Source of the DNA: Bacteroidota bacterium
GTDB taxonomy: Bacteria; Bacteroidota; Ignavibacteria; UBA10030
DNA: 64,000 nucleotides
Direction: 5' to 3'
Assembly (NCBI GenBank): GCA_035559595.1
Contig: DATMBF010000028.1
Span: 23,864-87,863, forward strand
Shown here: in pieces, positions 19,691-29,465 of the stretch
Layout of the letters: each line of letters opens with the position of its first letter
Numbering within the stretch: the first letter of the stretch is position 1
The notes under the pieces: model-generated
The model's input: the letters and a program-made list of their open reading frames with translations, nothing else
Told to the model about the DNA's origin: nothing
Database searches by the model: none
Made by a program: the position numbers and the translations under genes

Positions 19691-20074
19691 CTAAACGTGC
19701 TTCACCTCGTTGAATCTTTTCACAGCTTCTTCCTCCTCCTTGTAAATCTCATAAAGGATGGGGAAGCCGAGCAAATCAAACACGTTATAGACTTTGGGGG
19801 ACATGTTTGTGAGCTTGATGTCCCCCCTGTTCTTCCTGACATCCTCAATGAAGGCCATGAACACCCCAAGCCCTGCACTGCTGATGTAGGAAAGATCTTT
19901 GCAATTGACGACGATGTTGTATTTCTTCGTCGACAGGAGTTTCTGAAACGCCGATTCAAGTTCTGGAGCCGTGTGCGCATCGAGGTACCCTTTAAGCTCC
20001 AGAACGCTCACGCCGGCACCTTCCCGTTCGTGAATTTTAAAATCACTCATGGTGGTTATCTCCTTCTTGAACAA
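19691..20074 (-). CDS. STAS domain anti-sigma-factor antagonist (RsbV/SpoIIAA-like)
   Basis: KDLSYISSAGLGVFMAF carries the conserved phosphorylatable Ser context. The likely start is MSDFK at 20050. Confidence 0.8.
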   Translation of the reverse strand: MFKKEITTMSDFKIHEREGAGVSVLELKGYLDAHTAPELESAFQKLLSTKKYNIVVNCKDLSYISSAGLGVFMAFIEDVRKNRGDIKLTNMSPKVYNVFDLLGFPILYEIYKEEEEAVKRFNEVKHV

Positions 20075-20090
20075 ACAATCGATTCGATAC

Positions 20091-22190
20091 TCATGCTGGC
20101 CTCGCCGATGTTCCTAACCATTTGATAACCACGAGCGTCATGTCATCCGTATACGTGGATCCGCCCATGTAGTTTCTGACTTCTGACCAGATATGCTGCT
20201 TAATGTCATGCGCCGAGGAGGGCTTCACATCCTTCGCAATCTCCAGAAGACCTTCATATCCTAATTCAACGCCGCTCGAATTCCTTGCTTCCGCCAATCC
20301 ATCGGTGTAAAATACGCAGATATCGCCTGTTTTCAAACGAATAATTCTTTCTTCCGTGGATTTCTCGAACAATCGTCCGTTCGTCAAGCCGAGGCCGAGT
20401 CCATTCGGTCGCAGAAGTTCGGATGTGCCGTCGGACAAATAAATCGGCGGACAGTGACCGGCGCGAGAGTAATACAAAATTCCTCTCTTTGTGTCAATAA
20501 TCCCGTAGACCATGCTAATAAAAGCCTTTCGTTCCAGACTGCCAAGGAGCGTCTCGTTTGCGTGAATGAGCATTTCTTTCGGCATGGGATACACTTTGCT
20601 CAACGACTGGAAGATTCCCTTCACCTCGGCCATATAAAAAGCCGCCGAAACTCCTTTCCCCGAAACATCACCCACAACCACTCCAAGCTTTTCATCATCG
20701 ATTCTCACGAAATCGAAATAGTCGCCGCCGACCTCAAGCGACGGTTCCGAAATCGCTGCGATCTCCACATTCTCATATACCGGCAGACTTTGCGGAAGCA
20801 GACGCCGTTGCATCTGCTGCGCAACCATCATCTCCTGCTGTAAACGCTCCCGCTCAATTGAGCGCACAATCAGCTTGGAGTTCTCGATTGCAATGGTCAC
20901 GTTATCACAGAACGTCGTCAACACCTCAATGTCGTCCTGGTCGAATCCGCCCGCGAAGTCTTTCGTCGCATGGAGAAAACCAATAAGCTCGCCGTGCGAC
21001 AGTAGCGGCACTGTCAGTAATGAACCGACAGGCAGGTCGGACCTCTTGAGCTCTTTGGTCCGTCGGTCGGTTGCGACATTATCAATCGAGAGAACCTTTT
21101 TCGAATCAAGGACGACCTGACGCAAAGCATTTCCAGCGGCACGATTGAATATCTCGATTTCTTCCTGCGAGATATTCTTTCTCGAGACGACGTGTAAGGG
21201 CCGTTCTCCCTCTCCCTTTTCTTCCTGCACAAGCTCAAGCCACGCCGATTTCGCTCCAACGACCTCCAGCGTCATTTGCGTCACGGTATTGACAAGATCA
21301 TGAAAATCGAACACCTGGTTGATGAGCCGACTTAAGTTATGCAGCGAGCTCAGCTCAAATTGTTTGCGCTCGTAGACTTCTGCCGTTGGAAGATGGAACA
21401 GTGTGCTGAAGAGCGACATCCCGAAATACACACCACCAAAGATGGCATTGAGCTGAACAAAACGCGACAGCGGAACGCTGAAATACTCAAGCGATGACCG
21501 GAGAAACGTTCGCTCATTGAGAACGATATTGAGTCCAACAAACCCAAGGAAAAGCAGAAGACTGTAAACAATGGTGTAGATCTTTTCTCGCCTGGAGAGG
21601 TAAACAATCCAATTTTGTTTGAAGGAATTGAGGATTGAGAGAACGATTCCAGCACCAAAAGCGATCGAGCCCACAACAGCAATATCGACCGGGATGAACG
21701 GCAATGCAGCCCCGCTGCTCAAAAGAACAGCGATGAGGAGGAACGCAAACATGCGTTTTGTTCCCCGCTTTGGTTTCGTCATTACGAGGGTTCGAATCGA
21801 AAGTACCATGCGAATCGAGAAGATACCGACCGCAATGCAGAGAATCTCAGAAAACAGAATCGTGGTGGCGCTAAACGGAACGAAAGCCCCTTCTTGCTCG
21901 ACAAATCGGGCGGCAGGAAACAAGGTGTTCACACCGATCCAACCAAGCACGGCAATACAGCCGACAAGAAGTCTGCCGATCTCTTTCGCCGACCCCCGGT
22001 TGTACCGCTTGCCGGTCGACTCCATAAAGAGATACAGCAGGAGGAATGCGGTGACAATGAGAAATTCCCGCGTGTACCGAACCGCTTCTTCTTCGATTCG
22101 GTAGGAACGATTCACAACATCCAGGACAAAGACGAACAGGAAGAAAACAATCGGTAGAAAGATATAGAGGATACGCTTCAGTCGATCCAT
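20091..22190 (-). CDS. membrane sensor with N-terminal polytopic TM domain, GAF domain and PP2C (SpoIIE/RsbU-type) phosphatase
   Basis: 699 aa. There are about 8 hydrophobic helices, then a GAF region, then SpoIIE motifs GGDYFDF ... VGDVSGKGVSAAFYMAEV ... DGLAEA. Confidence 0.75.
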   Translation of the reverse strand: MDRLKRILYIFLPIVFFLFVFVLDVVNRSYRIEEEAVRYTREFLIVTAFLLLYLFMESTGKRYNRGSAKEIGRLLVGCIAVLGWIGVNTLFPAARFVEQEGAFVPFSATTILFSEILCIAVGIFSIRMVLSIRTLVMTKPKRGTKRMFAFLLIAVLLSSGAALPFIPVDIAVVGSIAFGAGIVLSILNSFKQNWIVYLSRREKIYTIVYSLLLFLGFVGLNIVLNERTFLRSSLEYFSVPLSRFVQLNAIFGGVYFGMSLFSTLFHLPTAEVYERKQFELSSLHNLSRLINQVFDFHDLVNTVTQMTLEVVGAKSAWLELVQEEKGEGERPLHVVSRKNISQEEIEIFNRAAGNALRQVVLDSKKVLSIDNVATDRRTKELKRSDLPVGSLLTVPLLSHGELIGFLHATKDFAGGFDQDDIEVLTTFCDNVTIAIENSKLIVRSIERERLQQEMMVAQQMQRRLLPQSLPVYENVEIAAISEPSLEVGGDYFDFVRIDDEKLGVVVGDVSGKGVSAAFYMAEVKGIFQSLSKVYPMPKEMLIHANETLLGSLERKAFISMVYGIIDTKRGILYYSRAGHCPPIYLSDGTSELLRPNGLGLGLTNGRLFEKSTEERIIRLKTGDICVFYTDGLAEARNSSGVELGYEGLLEIAKDVKPSSAHDIKQHIWSEVRNYMGGSTYTDDMTLVVIKWLGTSARPA

Positions 22191-22191
22191 A

Positions 22192-23562
22192 CTATACCCT
22201 CAAGGTCTTCCAACCGCCGGATCTGAACTTGAGCCATGTCATGAGCGTGTACGAGATGATGTAGACCGGTACTGCGAGCCACGCTCCCAAAATTCCCCAC
22301 CCAAGTGTAACTCCCAGCACGTAAGAGAGAGGAAGGAAGATAACCCAGTGGGTGAGTACTTCGGCATACATCACGTACATCGTCGCGCCTGCCGCCTGGA
22401 GCGAGTTTGCCATGATGATGCCGAACCCGTACGCCACTTGAGCAATACCAGCCAGCTGAAGCAACGGTTTTGTCACTTCGATGATTGTCTCGTTCGGTGT
22501 GATGACTTTCAAAATGAGCTCCGGGAATGCCACGAACACTCCGCCAAGACACAACGTGAAGATTGTCGCAATTTTGCCTGTTTCGATTCCATATCTATAC
22601 GCCAGGTTTGCGTCATTGTTTCCGAGGGCATTGCCGACAAGTGTTTGCGCAGCGATACCCAACCCAAAACAGGGCATAAACGAGAGAAACAACGAGGTGA
22701 TCACAACTTGTGTTGCTGCTTGTTCGATGGTGCCGATGATCCCCGCAACGGCAACGAACATCAAGAAACCGAAAAGGATCAGGATATTCTGAAATGAGAC
22801 CGGCAAACCGATGCGTACGATCGGCTTAATGTGGTTTATCCCTATTGCCAGGATATCGTAGTACCTGTATCGTTTTCGATAGGACGAAAGAAAAGTTACA
22901 AAAACAAAAAAGAGAAAGCCAAGAAACATTCCGATCGAAGCGGCCAGACCGGCGCCCGCAATGCCCATTTTCGGAAATCCTGCAACGCCAAAAATAAGGA
23001 GATAATTGAAGACGATATTGAAGACATAGGAGACGATAGCGGAGAACATGAAGATGTTGGTGTGTCCAATGCCGTAAAAGAATCCGCGATACGAAACTGC
23101 GAGAAGAAAGAACGGCAGGCCGAGGAAACGGTACTTCATGTAATCTCCTCCAGCATACGCCACATGGACATCGCTCGAAAAGAGATTAATGATATCGAAG
23201 GCAAAGATATAGCCGAGGATGCTCAGGGCAAGGCCGACAACACCGCTCAGAACGAGGGAGTTGTTGAGGACGATCCCCGCTTCGGTATGTTTCCCTTGTC
23301 CGTAACGGCGGGCGACAAGAATGTGGGTACCGGTGGCAAGACTTGAGAAGAAACTCGTAATCGTCCACGTTGCGAGAACTCCAAGTCCCATCGCCGCCAG
23401 AACGACCTCGGAGTTTTCCAGTCGCCCGACCATCGCCGTGTCGATGATGGAAACAATCATCTGAGATGACAATCCGGCAACGGCGGGGGTGGCCATTCTC
23501 AGGATCTTGCCAGAGTACGCTTTACTAGGAAGAATAGACATGAAGAAAGAATGACAGGACAA
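22192..23562 (-). CDS. MATE family efflux transporter
   Basis: 456 aa with 12 TM helices. The N-terminus LRMATPAVAGLSSQMIVSIIDTAMVGRL is the canonical MATE start. Confidence 0.85.
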   Translation of the reverse strand: MSCHSFFMSILPSKAYSGKILRMATPAVAGLSSQMIVSIIDTAMVGRLENSEVVLAAMGLGVLATWTITSFFSSLATGTHILVARRYGQGKHTEAGIVLNNSLVLSGVVGLALSILGYIFAFDIINLFSSDVHVAYAGGDYMKYRFLGLPFFLLAVSYRGFFYGIGHTNIFMFSAIVSYVFNIVFNYLLIFGVAGFPKMGIAGAGLAASIGMFLGFLFFVFVTFLSSYRKRYRYYDILAIGINHIKPIVRIGLPVSFQNILILFGFLMFVAVAGIIGTIEQAATQVVITSLFLSFMPCFGLGIAAQTLVGNALGNNDANLAYRYGIETGKIATIFTLCLGGVFVAFPELILKVITPNETIIEVTKPLLQLAGIAQVAYGFGIIMANSLQAAGATMYVMYAEVLTHWVIFLPLSYVLGVTLGWGILGAWLAVPVYIISYTLMTWLKFRSGGWKTLRV

Positions 23563-23662
23563 GAAAGCGCCTTAGGGGCCACATGAGCCGCTTCCTGCTT
23601 CTGTTGGTTCTGCGTTTATCGGTGCCTTTTCCGAAGGCAGATGAGAGACAGCTTCCGTGAAC

Positions 23663-24352
23663 CTAAAGACTGTACTGTGCGATGGAGCGCTCGGCGTCCC
23701 TCGCATAGATTGAGGTGGGATATTCTTTCGTGATTCGCTTATAGAGCTCGACAGCCTTCTGTCTGTTACCGGCAGCCGCAAAATTACGGGCGGCATGATG
23801 CAGCTGCTCAGCTCGATAGGAATCAATCGTCTGCAACGATGCTGCTTTCTCGAACAGCACAGCAGCCTCTCCATACTCTCCTTTGATCTCAAGGCATGCC
23901 CCGGCTCCGGAGTATGCGGCCGCCATTAACAGTGGATCGTCCAGATCGGTGTCTTGGTAATATTCAAGAGCCTTGTCATACTGCTTCAAGTAATAATACG
24001 AGTTCGCGAGGTAGAGTTTCGCCATCTCGCCGGGATTTGTGTTTCCGTAGTCATTGACAATATCCCGCAGGCCGCGAATGTTTTCTGAGGGATTACCGTT
24101 GAGAGCGACTTCGTAGTTTCCCTGATCGTAGTACGGAAGAACTTTCCCAAGCTCGGCTGTAGCGCTCTCTGTTTCGGCTCGGATATTGTTCAGAACGACA
24201 ACCATCGTCGTCACAAGACCCACAATCCCTAAGGCGATGCCTTTCATCAGAGTTTTATGTTCGGAGTACCAGGCCTGGGCTTCAAAATAGCCGGTGACGA
24301 GCGAATCTGTTTTTATTTCCTTCTTCGTAACCTTCTTTTTGGGTCGAAGCAT
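23663..24352 (-). CDS. membrane-anchored TPR repeat protein (YfgM-like)
   Basis: A single N-terminal TM (GIALGIVGLVTTMVVVL) is followed by TPR-like helices (AKLYLANSYYYLKQYDKALEYYQ ...). Confidence 0.6.
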   Translation of the reverse strand: MLRPKKKVTKKEIKTDSLVTGYFEAQAWYSEHKTLMKGIALGIVGLVTTMVVVLNNIRAETESATAELGKVLPYYDQGNYEVALNGNPSENIRGLRDIVNDYGNTNPGEMAKLYLANSYYYLKQYDKALEYYQDTDLDDPLLMAAAYSGAGACLEIKGEYGEAAVLFEKAASLQTIDSYRAEQLHHAARNFAAAGNRQKAVELYKRITKEYPTSIYARDAERSIAQYSL

Positions 24353-24381
24353 GTGATGATCCTTCTTTGAGATGAATGAAG

Positions 24382-24455
24382 TACGCCCGGCGCGATTCGA
24401 ACGCGCGACCTACAGCTCCGGAGGCTGTCGCTCTATCCATCTGAGCTACGGGCGC
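24382..24455 (-). tRNA. tRNA-Arg (anticodon CCG)
   Basis: GCGCCCGTAGCTCAGATGGATAGAGCGACAGCCTCCGGAGCTGTAGGTCGCGCGTTCGAATCGCGCCGGGCGTA folds as a cloverleaf. The anticodon loop is CT-CCG-GA and the T-loop TTCGAAT is present. It closely resembles E. coli tRNA-Arg(CCG). Coordinates are accurate to about 1 nt. Confidence 0.85.
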
Positions 24456-24474
24456 GGGGAAAATTCAGCCAGCG

Positions 24475-25156
24475 TCAATGTTCAATATACGAAAGCCTTG
24501 CTGTGTCTGCAAGTAATGGGAGAGACACGCGGATTCCAGGTGGCGTGACCGCGTGTTCCAAAACATAGGGTACAATCTCTTTCTCACCACGGCGTAACCG
24601 ACTTTCGCTCTCCAACGCCAAGGCCAATGCGGCGTGTGATTCTGAGGGCGTCATGAATTGCCGGATGACCAGAACACCAGAGCGAATTGCTTGTCGTATG
24701 TGTTCTCCGATTCCTCCAGCTTTCGTGCTAAGTCTTTGTATGTGGTAAGGAGTTCTCGCAACCGAACAAACGTCCGCATAATGGCGATATGACTTACACC
24801 GCACTTCTGCTCCGAACAACACCAGAGGGCATTGCAATTCCCTGTTCAGGAAATGCGCACGGCGGACTGCAAATGCCATCTCATCGTGAGATTCTAGAAC
24901 GCAATGTCAAGCTCCTGAATTCTTCCGTCGATAACTGAAACATACAATCGGATGGGAATCTATCAAAACTCCCCTTAACGGCTTTGTTGTGATTGAACGT
25001 TGTAACACAGCCCAGATGAGAAGTATGCCGCAGGATGAGTTCGGATGGAACAAGCTGTTGTGCCAATCTACCCTTCCCGCGGTGATGCGGAATGACGGTT
25101 ACGTGACGGTTTTCTTTCTCTGCCAGACTTCTCCAGGACATACGAGACTTTTGCAA
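24475..25156 (-). pseudogene. possible frameshifted remnant of a DUF559/Vsr-like endonuclease-domain gene
   Basis: Two consecutive minus-strand ORFs in different frames (24881..25156 and 24475..24879). Together they resemble a DUF559 domain (...YADVCSVARTPYHIQRL...GGIGEH...AIRSGVLVIRQF is like YIVDFYC..LVIELDGGQH...LRSKGYRVLRFW), with the catalytic E/D positions substituted. Confidence 0.3.
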
Positions 25157-26159
25157 GAACCTTGTCGGCAGATATATTCTTCATACAATCAAATGTCTCG
25201 ATCGGGCATTTGTGTCCGCCATGAATCGAACAGGGTCGGCAACGTAAACCGCGGGTTTCCACAATGACATCATCCCTCCCGTACGGTGCAAATCCAAACT
25301 CCGGTACCGTAGCTCCAAAGATAGCTACCACCGGAGTCCGCATGGCAACCGCGAGATGCATTGGTGCGCTGTCATTGCAGATCATAACATTACATCGCCG
25401 AATAAGCTCTGAAGACTCCATCAGCGAAAGCCGACCTGCCGTCGATACAATTCCATCTCCTCCAGCAAGCTTCACGATCTCCTCACAAAGTTCTCGATCT
25501 TCAGCACCCCCTACAAGCACGACACGAAATCCATCTTTCACTAACTCCTTTGCCACCTCGGCAAACCTCTCCTTGAGCCACCGCTTGGTGTTCCAAATTG
25601 TCCCCGGTGCAATGGCAATGAGGTTTGTGGTGTCAAATCTGAATTCCCTGCAAATCTCCTCTATCTTCGCCGTTGATTCGGATGATGGATAGAGATTCGG
25701 CAGGACTCGCTCCGTGTGCTCGATCCCGATACCGGTCAGCAGGGAAAGATTGCGTTCGATTTCATGGATCTCATCTTGATATCGCACGGCTTTCGTATGG
25801 AGTACTTGCGCAATTCCTTTTTTGAATCCGATTCGCAGAGGGATTCCAGCAAACATTGCCAGCAAGGCGCTACGTAATGAGCGGTGCGGGATAATTGCAA
25901 GCTCATACCGGTTTTCTCTCAATTTCCCTGCGGTCTTCCAGAATCCCCTCCATCCCCGGTCATTTCCATATTTATCATAGACAATTACCTCTCTCACCGC
26001 GGGATGGTTCTTCAGCAATTCACTCGCCTTCGGCACGAGAACAACATCGATGTTCGCGTGAGCAAAGTATTCTTTGATTACCTGAATAAGCGGCAAAGCA
26101 AGAATGACGTCACCGATGAACGCCGTCTGAATCACGAGGATATTGGAAACCGACCTCAT
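25068..26159 (-). CDS. GT9 family glycosyltransferase (heptosyltransferase II / WaaF-like)
   Basis: ILVIQTAFIGDVILALPLIQ is the GT9 N-terminal motif. The start is taken at internal Met 23, giving a 4-nt overlap with the upstream lpxL-like stop. The C-terminus is glycine-rich (LVGGAED). Confidence 0.75.
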   Translation of the reverse strand: MRSVSNILVIQTAFIGDVILALPLIQVIKEYFAHANIDVVLVPKASELLKNHPAVREVIVYDKYGNDRGWRGFWKTAGKLRENRYELAIIPHRSLRSALLAMFAGIPLRIGFKKGIAQVLHTKAVRYQDEIHEIERNLSLLTGIGIEHTERVLPNLYPSSESTAKIEEICREFRFDTTNLIAIAPGTIWNTKRWLKERFAEVAKELVKDGFRVVLVGGAEDRELCEEIVKLAGGDGIVSTAGRLSLMESSELIRRCNVMICNDSAPMHLAVAMRTPVVAIFGATVPEFGFAPYGRDDVIVETRGLRCRPCSIHGGHKCPIETFDCMKNISADKVLAKVSYVLEKSGRERKPSRNRHSASPREG

Positions 26160-27142
26160 GACTCTTCCCCCTGATTCACGGCGGTACTCTCTGCATGCTT
26201 CCAGCGTCGGTGCATCCACATCCATTGTTCCGGTTGGGAGCGGATGATTTCTTCCATCATTTTCACATGTCGCCGCGTGAGTTCTTCCACGTTTTCTGGA
26301 GTGTACGCAGTGAGGTCGTTCATCGGTACATTACGGAATTCAGCGACGTATGTCCCGTCCGGCTGGCGTTGTGTAAATCCAACGAGCATCGGCGCTCCTG
26401 TTTTCAAGCTGAACACGGCGGGTCCCTGATGGGTCGGGACGCGCCGCCCAAAAAACTCTACCCACACGCTTTCCTTCGCTGCACTCTGATCCCCCACAAT
26501 CCCCACAACACCCCCTTCGCTCAAGACACGAAGTGTCTCACGCACAGAAGCAGACATTGGAATCACCACGTTGCCAAAGTGCCGCCGCGTGCGATTGATC
26601 CACTCGTCCACATAAGGATTGTGCTGGGCTTTGGCAATCACGTGGAGTGGCATTCCAGTTGATACATTCACGCTGTGTGCAAACCACTCCCAATTCCCGT
26701 AATGCCCTGTCATCAACACCACACCTTTCCCTTTTTGCTGAACTGTTTTGACGAGCTCCGGGTTCTGAAATTTCACTTCTTTCTGCAGTTCTTCGGCGGT
26801 GAGATTCTCTGTCCAGAACAACTCAAAGAACGTCGTGCCTATGCTTCGGAAGGATCGCAGTGCGAGAGATTGAATCTCCTCTGCACTTTTTTCAGGAAAA
26901 GCTTTCTGTAGATTCTCATTCGTGATCGACTTCCGAAAACCGGTGAGCGAGTAAACGGCCTCACCTACCCACGCTCCGATCGATCGAGCAGTTTGTAACG
27001 GAAGGATCCGAACGAATGCCGCAATAAAGGCAAACAGAAGATACTCAAGAACAAATCGGAAGGAGCGCACGAAAGCAAAGTACACAAAATAGACTTGGGA
27101 TGAAACGGATTCTTGAGAAAACGCAGCGAACATCAAAGGCAA
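26156..27142 (-). CDS. lipid A biosynthesis late acyltransferase (LpxL/LpxM/HtrB family)
   Basis: An N-terminal TM is followed by MTGHYGNWEW, the HX4D/E acyltransferase motif region of the LpxL family, and by GIVGDQ. The ORF is 328 aa. Confidence 0.75.
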   Translation of the reverse strand: MPLMFAAFSQESVSSQVYFVYFAFVRSFRFVLEYLLFAFIAAFVRILPLQTARSIGAWVGEAVYSLTGFRKSITNENLQKAFPEKSAEEIQSLALRSFRSIGTTFFELFWTENLTAEELQKEVKFQNPELVKTVQQKGKGVVLMTGHYGNWEWFAHSVNVSTGMPLHVIAKAQHNPYVDEWINRTRRHFGNVVIPMSASVRETLRVLSEGGVVGIVGDQSAAKESVWVEFFGRRVPTHQGPAVFSLKTGAPMLVGFTQRQPDGTYVAEFRNVPMNDLTAYTPENVEELTRRHVKMMEEIIRSQPEQWMWMHRRWKHAESTAVNQGEES

Positions 27143-27148
27143 AAGCAG

Positions 27149-27562
27149 TTACTCGCCCATCACCTTGACGATGACTCGCTTCTTCCGTTGGCCGTCGAAC
27201 TCCGCGTAGTAGATCTGCTGCCACGGACCGAAGTCGAGCTTCCCATCGGTAACCGGCACGATGACCTCGTGGTGCATGAGAAGACTCTTGAGATGGGCAT
27301 CTCCGTTCGTTTCACCGGTTCTGTGGTGCCGATAATTCGGATTGAATGGAGCCAGTCGCTCCAACCACTCGTCAATATCCTGAATCAAGCCCGACTCAGC
27401 ATCATTGACGTAAACGGAAGCAGTAATGTGCATCGCTGAAACCAAGATCATTCCCTCCTTGATACCACTTTTTGCGAGAATCCGTTCCACCTCGCTCGTG
27501 ATATTGATATACTCGCGATGCTTCTGCGTGTTGAACCAGAGGTACTCTGTGTGAAACTTCAT
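27149..27562 (-). CDS. YjbQ/UPF0047 family protein (secondary thiamine-phosphate synthase-like)
   Basis: 137 aa. [21 protein letters not shown] ... [15 protein letters not shown] is the YjbQ family signature. Confidence 0.8.
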   Translation of the reverse strand: MKFHTEYLWFNTQKHREYINITSEVERILAKSGIKEGMILVSAMHITASVYVNDAESGLIQDIDEWLERLAPFNPNYRHHRTGETNGDAHLKSLLMHHEVIVPVTDGKLDFGPWQQIYYAEFDGQRKKRVIVKVMGE

Positions 27563-27628
27563 TGTTATCCTCCTGCAAAACGGTGTGCTCGGGAAAGATC
27601 GGTATTCATCGTTGAAACCGGGACAAGC

Positions 27629-29428
27629 TTACAGGTCTGGAACAAACACTTTATAGCCAAGCGGGGGTACCTCGACGCTGAGTTTACCGTTGGTAAACGT
27701 CGCAGAAGCCCCAGAAAAATACTCTTTCATTTTCCATGTCGTCGCTTCCTCGCAATCCGCAATAATCTCAGCCTTTTGCTTCGAAAAATTGATTACCGTA
27801 ATCACACGGTCGGTGCCGCTCTGTCTCTGGAAGACGTAGACCTTTTCTCCTCCATTATGAGGCAGCATTCTGTAGGTTCCCCGACGGAGGGCCTCATGTT
27901 CTCTTCTCAAGGAAGTCAACTTCTCGTAATGCGCACGAAAGTCTTTCCCTTTCGTCCAATCAATATCGACCTTATCGAAGAGATCGAGCGGCTTTGGATT
28001 TCCGACCTCTTCCCCGTTGTAGATCAGCGGCACGCCGGGATAGGTGAAGATCAACACTGCCGTTGCTTTTGCTCCTCGATCGCTGAACTTCTTTACCGCC
28101 GGTGCATCCCATGCATTCTTGTCATGGTTCGTATTGAACCGCATGCGCAGCGATCCTTTTGGAAATTGATACGACTCGGTCTTCAGGATCTCGTCAAAGA
28201 TCGACGCTGGTGTGGTTCCATCCAACACTTTCCCTAAGACATCATACACATTCCAGGAATAGGTCAGATCGAACGCTTGGACATGATGTTCCGGCAGCGT
28301 TCCTTCAGAGAGCATCATCACGGGCTTGATTTTGTCCAGCTCACGACGTGCAACTTCCCAGAAATCCGTCGGTACGAGCTCAGCCACATCGCACCGATAA
28401 CCGTCGATGCCGACGTCGCGCACCCAGTATTTCATCATCTCGATCATATATTTGCGCAGCTCGTGATGATCATAATTCAGGTCCGCAACATCATGCCAAT
28501 CGGCGTTCGGCGCTACGATTGCTCCTTCGTCGTTTGTCGTGAACCAGTCCGGATGCTCAAACATCAGCTTACTATCCCACGCGGTATGGTTGATGACGAG
28601 ATCAATGATGATCTCCATGCCTTGGTCGTGAACACTATTAACAAGAGACCTGAAGTCTTCGAGTGTTCCGAATTCTTCGTTAACCTCGTAATAGTCTTGA
28701 ACAGCATACGGGCTTCCCAATCGCCCTTTTCGATTGAGGAGTCCCACCGGATGGATCGGCATAAGCCAGAGAACCGTCACTCCCAGCTTCTTCAGTTCCG
28801 GAAGTCGCCGTTCGAGCCCTTTGAATGTCCCCTCTTTGGAAAACGAGCGCAGATAGACTTCGTAAATAACCGCATCGCGAACCCAATCTTCGCTCTTCCT
28901 CGCCGGCAAATCCGCGTACTTCGTCTTGAGAAGCTCAAGAACACGGGACGGCGGAATCAACGTAACCGGACGGTAGATGCCGCCGGGACCACCATGATCG
29001 GCAACTCGAACCACAAGGACATTGATCCCCGCACGCAGCGCCCTCGACACATCACAAGAGAAGGCGTCACTGTATCCGATATGCGATCCTACCTTGACAC
29101 CGTTCAGCCATACATCGGCATCATCATCCACTCCGCCAAAGAAGAGGGCCATCGCTTCTTTTGATTCCTTCACCTCAAACGATTTCGCAAACCAACCGAC
29201 ACCATCATAGGTTTCGAGATTGTAGCGATCCCAATACTCCGGAACTGCCACCTTCTTCCATTCGGACATATCCCGACCGGGCTCGAACCACCGGTCTTTC
29301 ACTCCGACATCCGTGGAATCAATCTGGAACAGCCATTCCCCATCAAGCGTTGTTTTCGATTCATCTTTCATAGAGCAACTCGCAAAGAACAATATGGTGA
29401 GGATGTAAGAATGAATTCTCATGGTCAT
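27629..29428 (-). CDS. GH13 alpha-amylase family lipoprotein with N-terminal sugar-binding (GH2_N-like) domain
   Basis: Lipobox FFASCS is followed by a beta-sandwich domain and then GH13 regions DLVINHTA, GYRCDVAEL, MLSE, FNTNHD. Confidence 0.8.
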   Translation of the reverse strand: MTMRIHSYILTILFFASCSMKDESKTTLDGEWLFQIDSTDVGVKDRWFEPGRDMSEWKKVAVPEYWDRYNLETYDGVGWFAKSFEVKESKEAMALFFGGVDDDADVWLNGVKVGSHIGYSDAFSCDVSRALRAGINVLVVRVADHGGPGGIYRPVTLIPPSRVLELLKTKYADLPARKSEDWVRDAVIYEVYLRSFSKEGTFKGLERRLPELKKLGVTVLWLMPIHPVGLLNRKGRLGSPYAVQDYYEVNEEFGTLEDFRSLVNSVHDQGMEIIIDLVINHTAWDSKLMFEHPDWFTTNDEGAIVAPNADWHDVADLNYDHHELRKYMIEMMKYWVRDVGIDGYRCDVAELVPTDFWEVARRELDKIKPVMMLSEGTLPEHHVQAFDLTYSWNVYDVLGKVLDGTTPASIFDEILKTESYQFPKGSLRMRFNTNHDKNAWDAPAVKKFSDRGAKATAVLIFTYPGVPLIYNGEEVGNPKPLDLFDKVDIDWTKGKDFRAHYEKLTSLRREHEALRRGTYRMLPHNGGEKVYVFQRQSGTDRVITVINFSKQKAEIIADCEEATTWKMKEYFSGASATFTNGKLSVEVPPLGYKVFVPDL

Positions 29429-29465
29429 CTACTTACGATTTGTACATGAACTTGCGGGGTTCCAT

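Noticed and set aside
23572-23892. 106-aa ORF overlapping the TPR gene 3' end and the MATE gene promoter region
   Set aside because: It overlaps a supported gene in another frame, is Arg/Ser-rich and has no motifs.
28277-29164. 295-aa plus-strand ORF antisense to the GH13 lipoprotein gene
   Set aside because: A shadow ORF of a strongly supported GH13 gene. It has no motifs.
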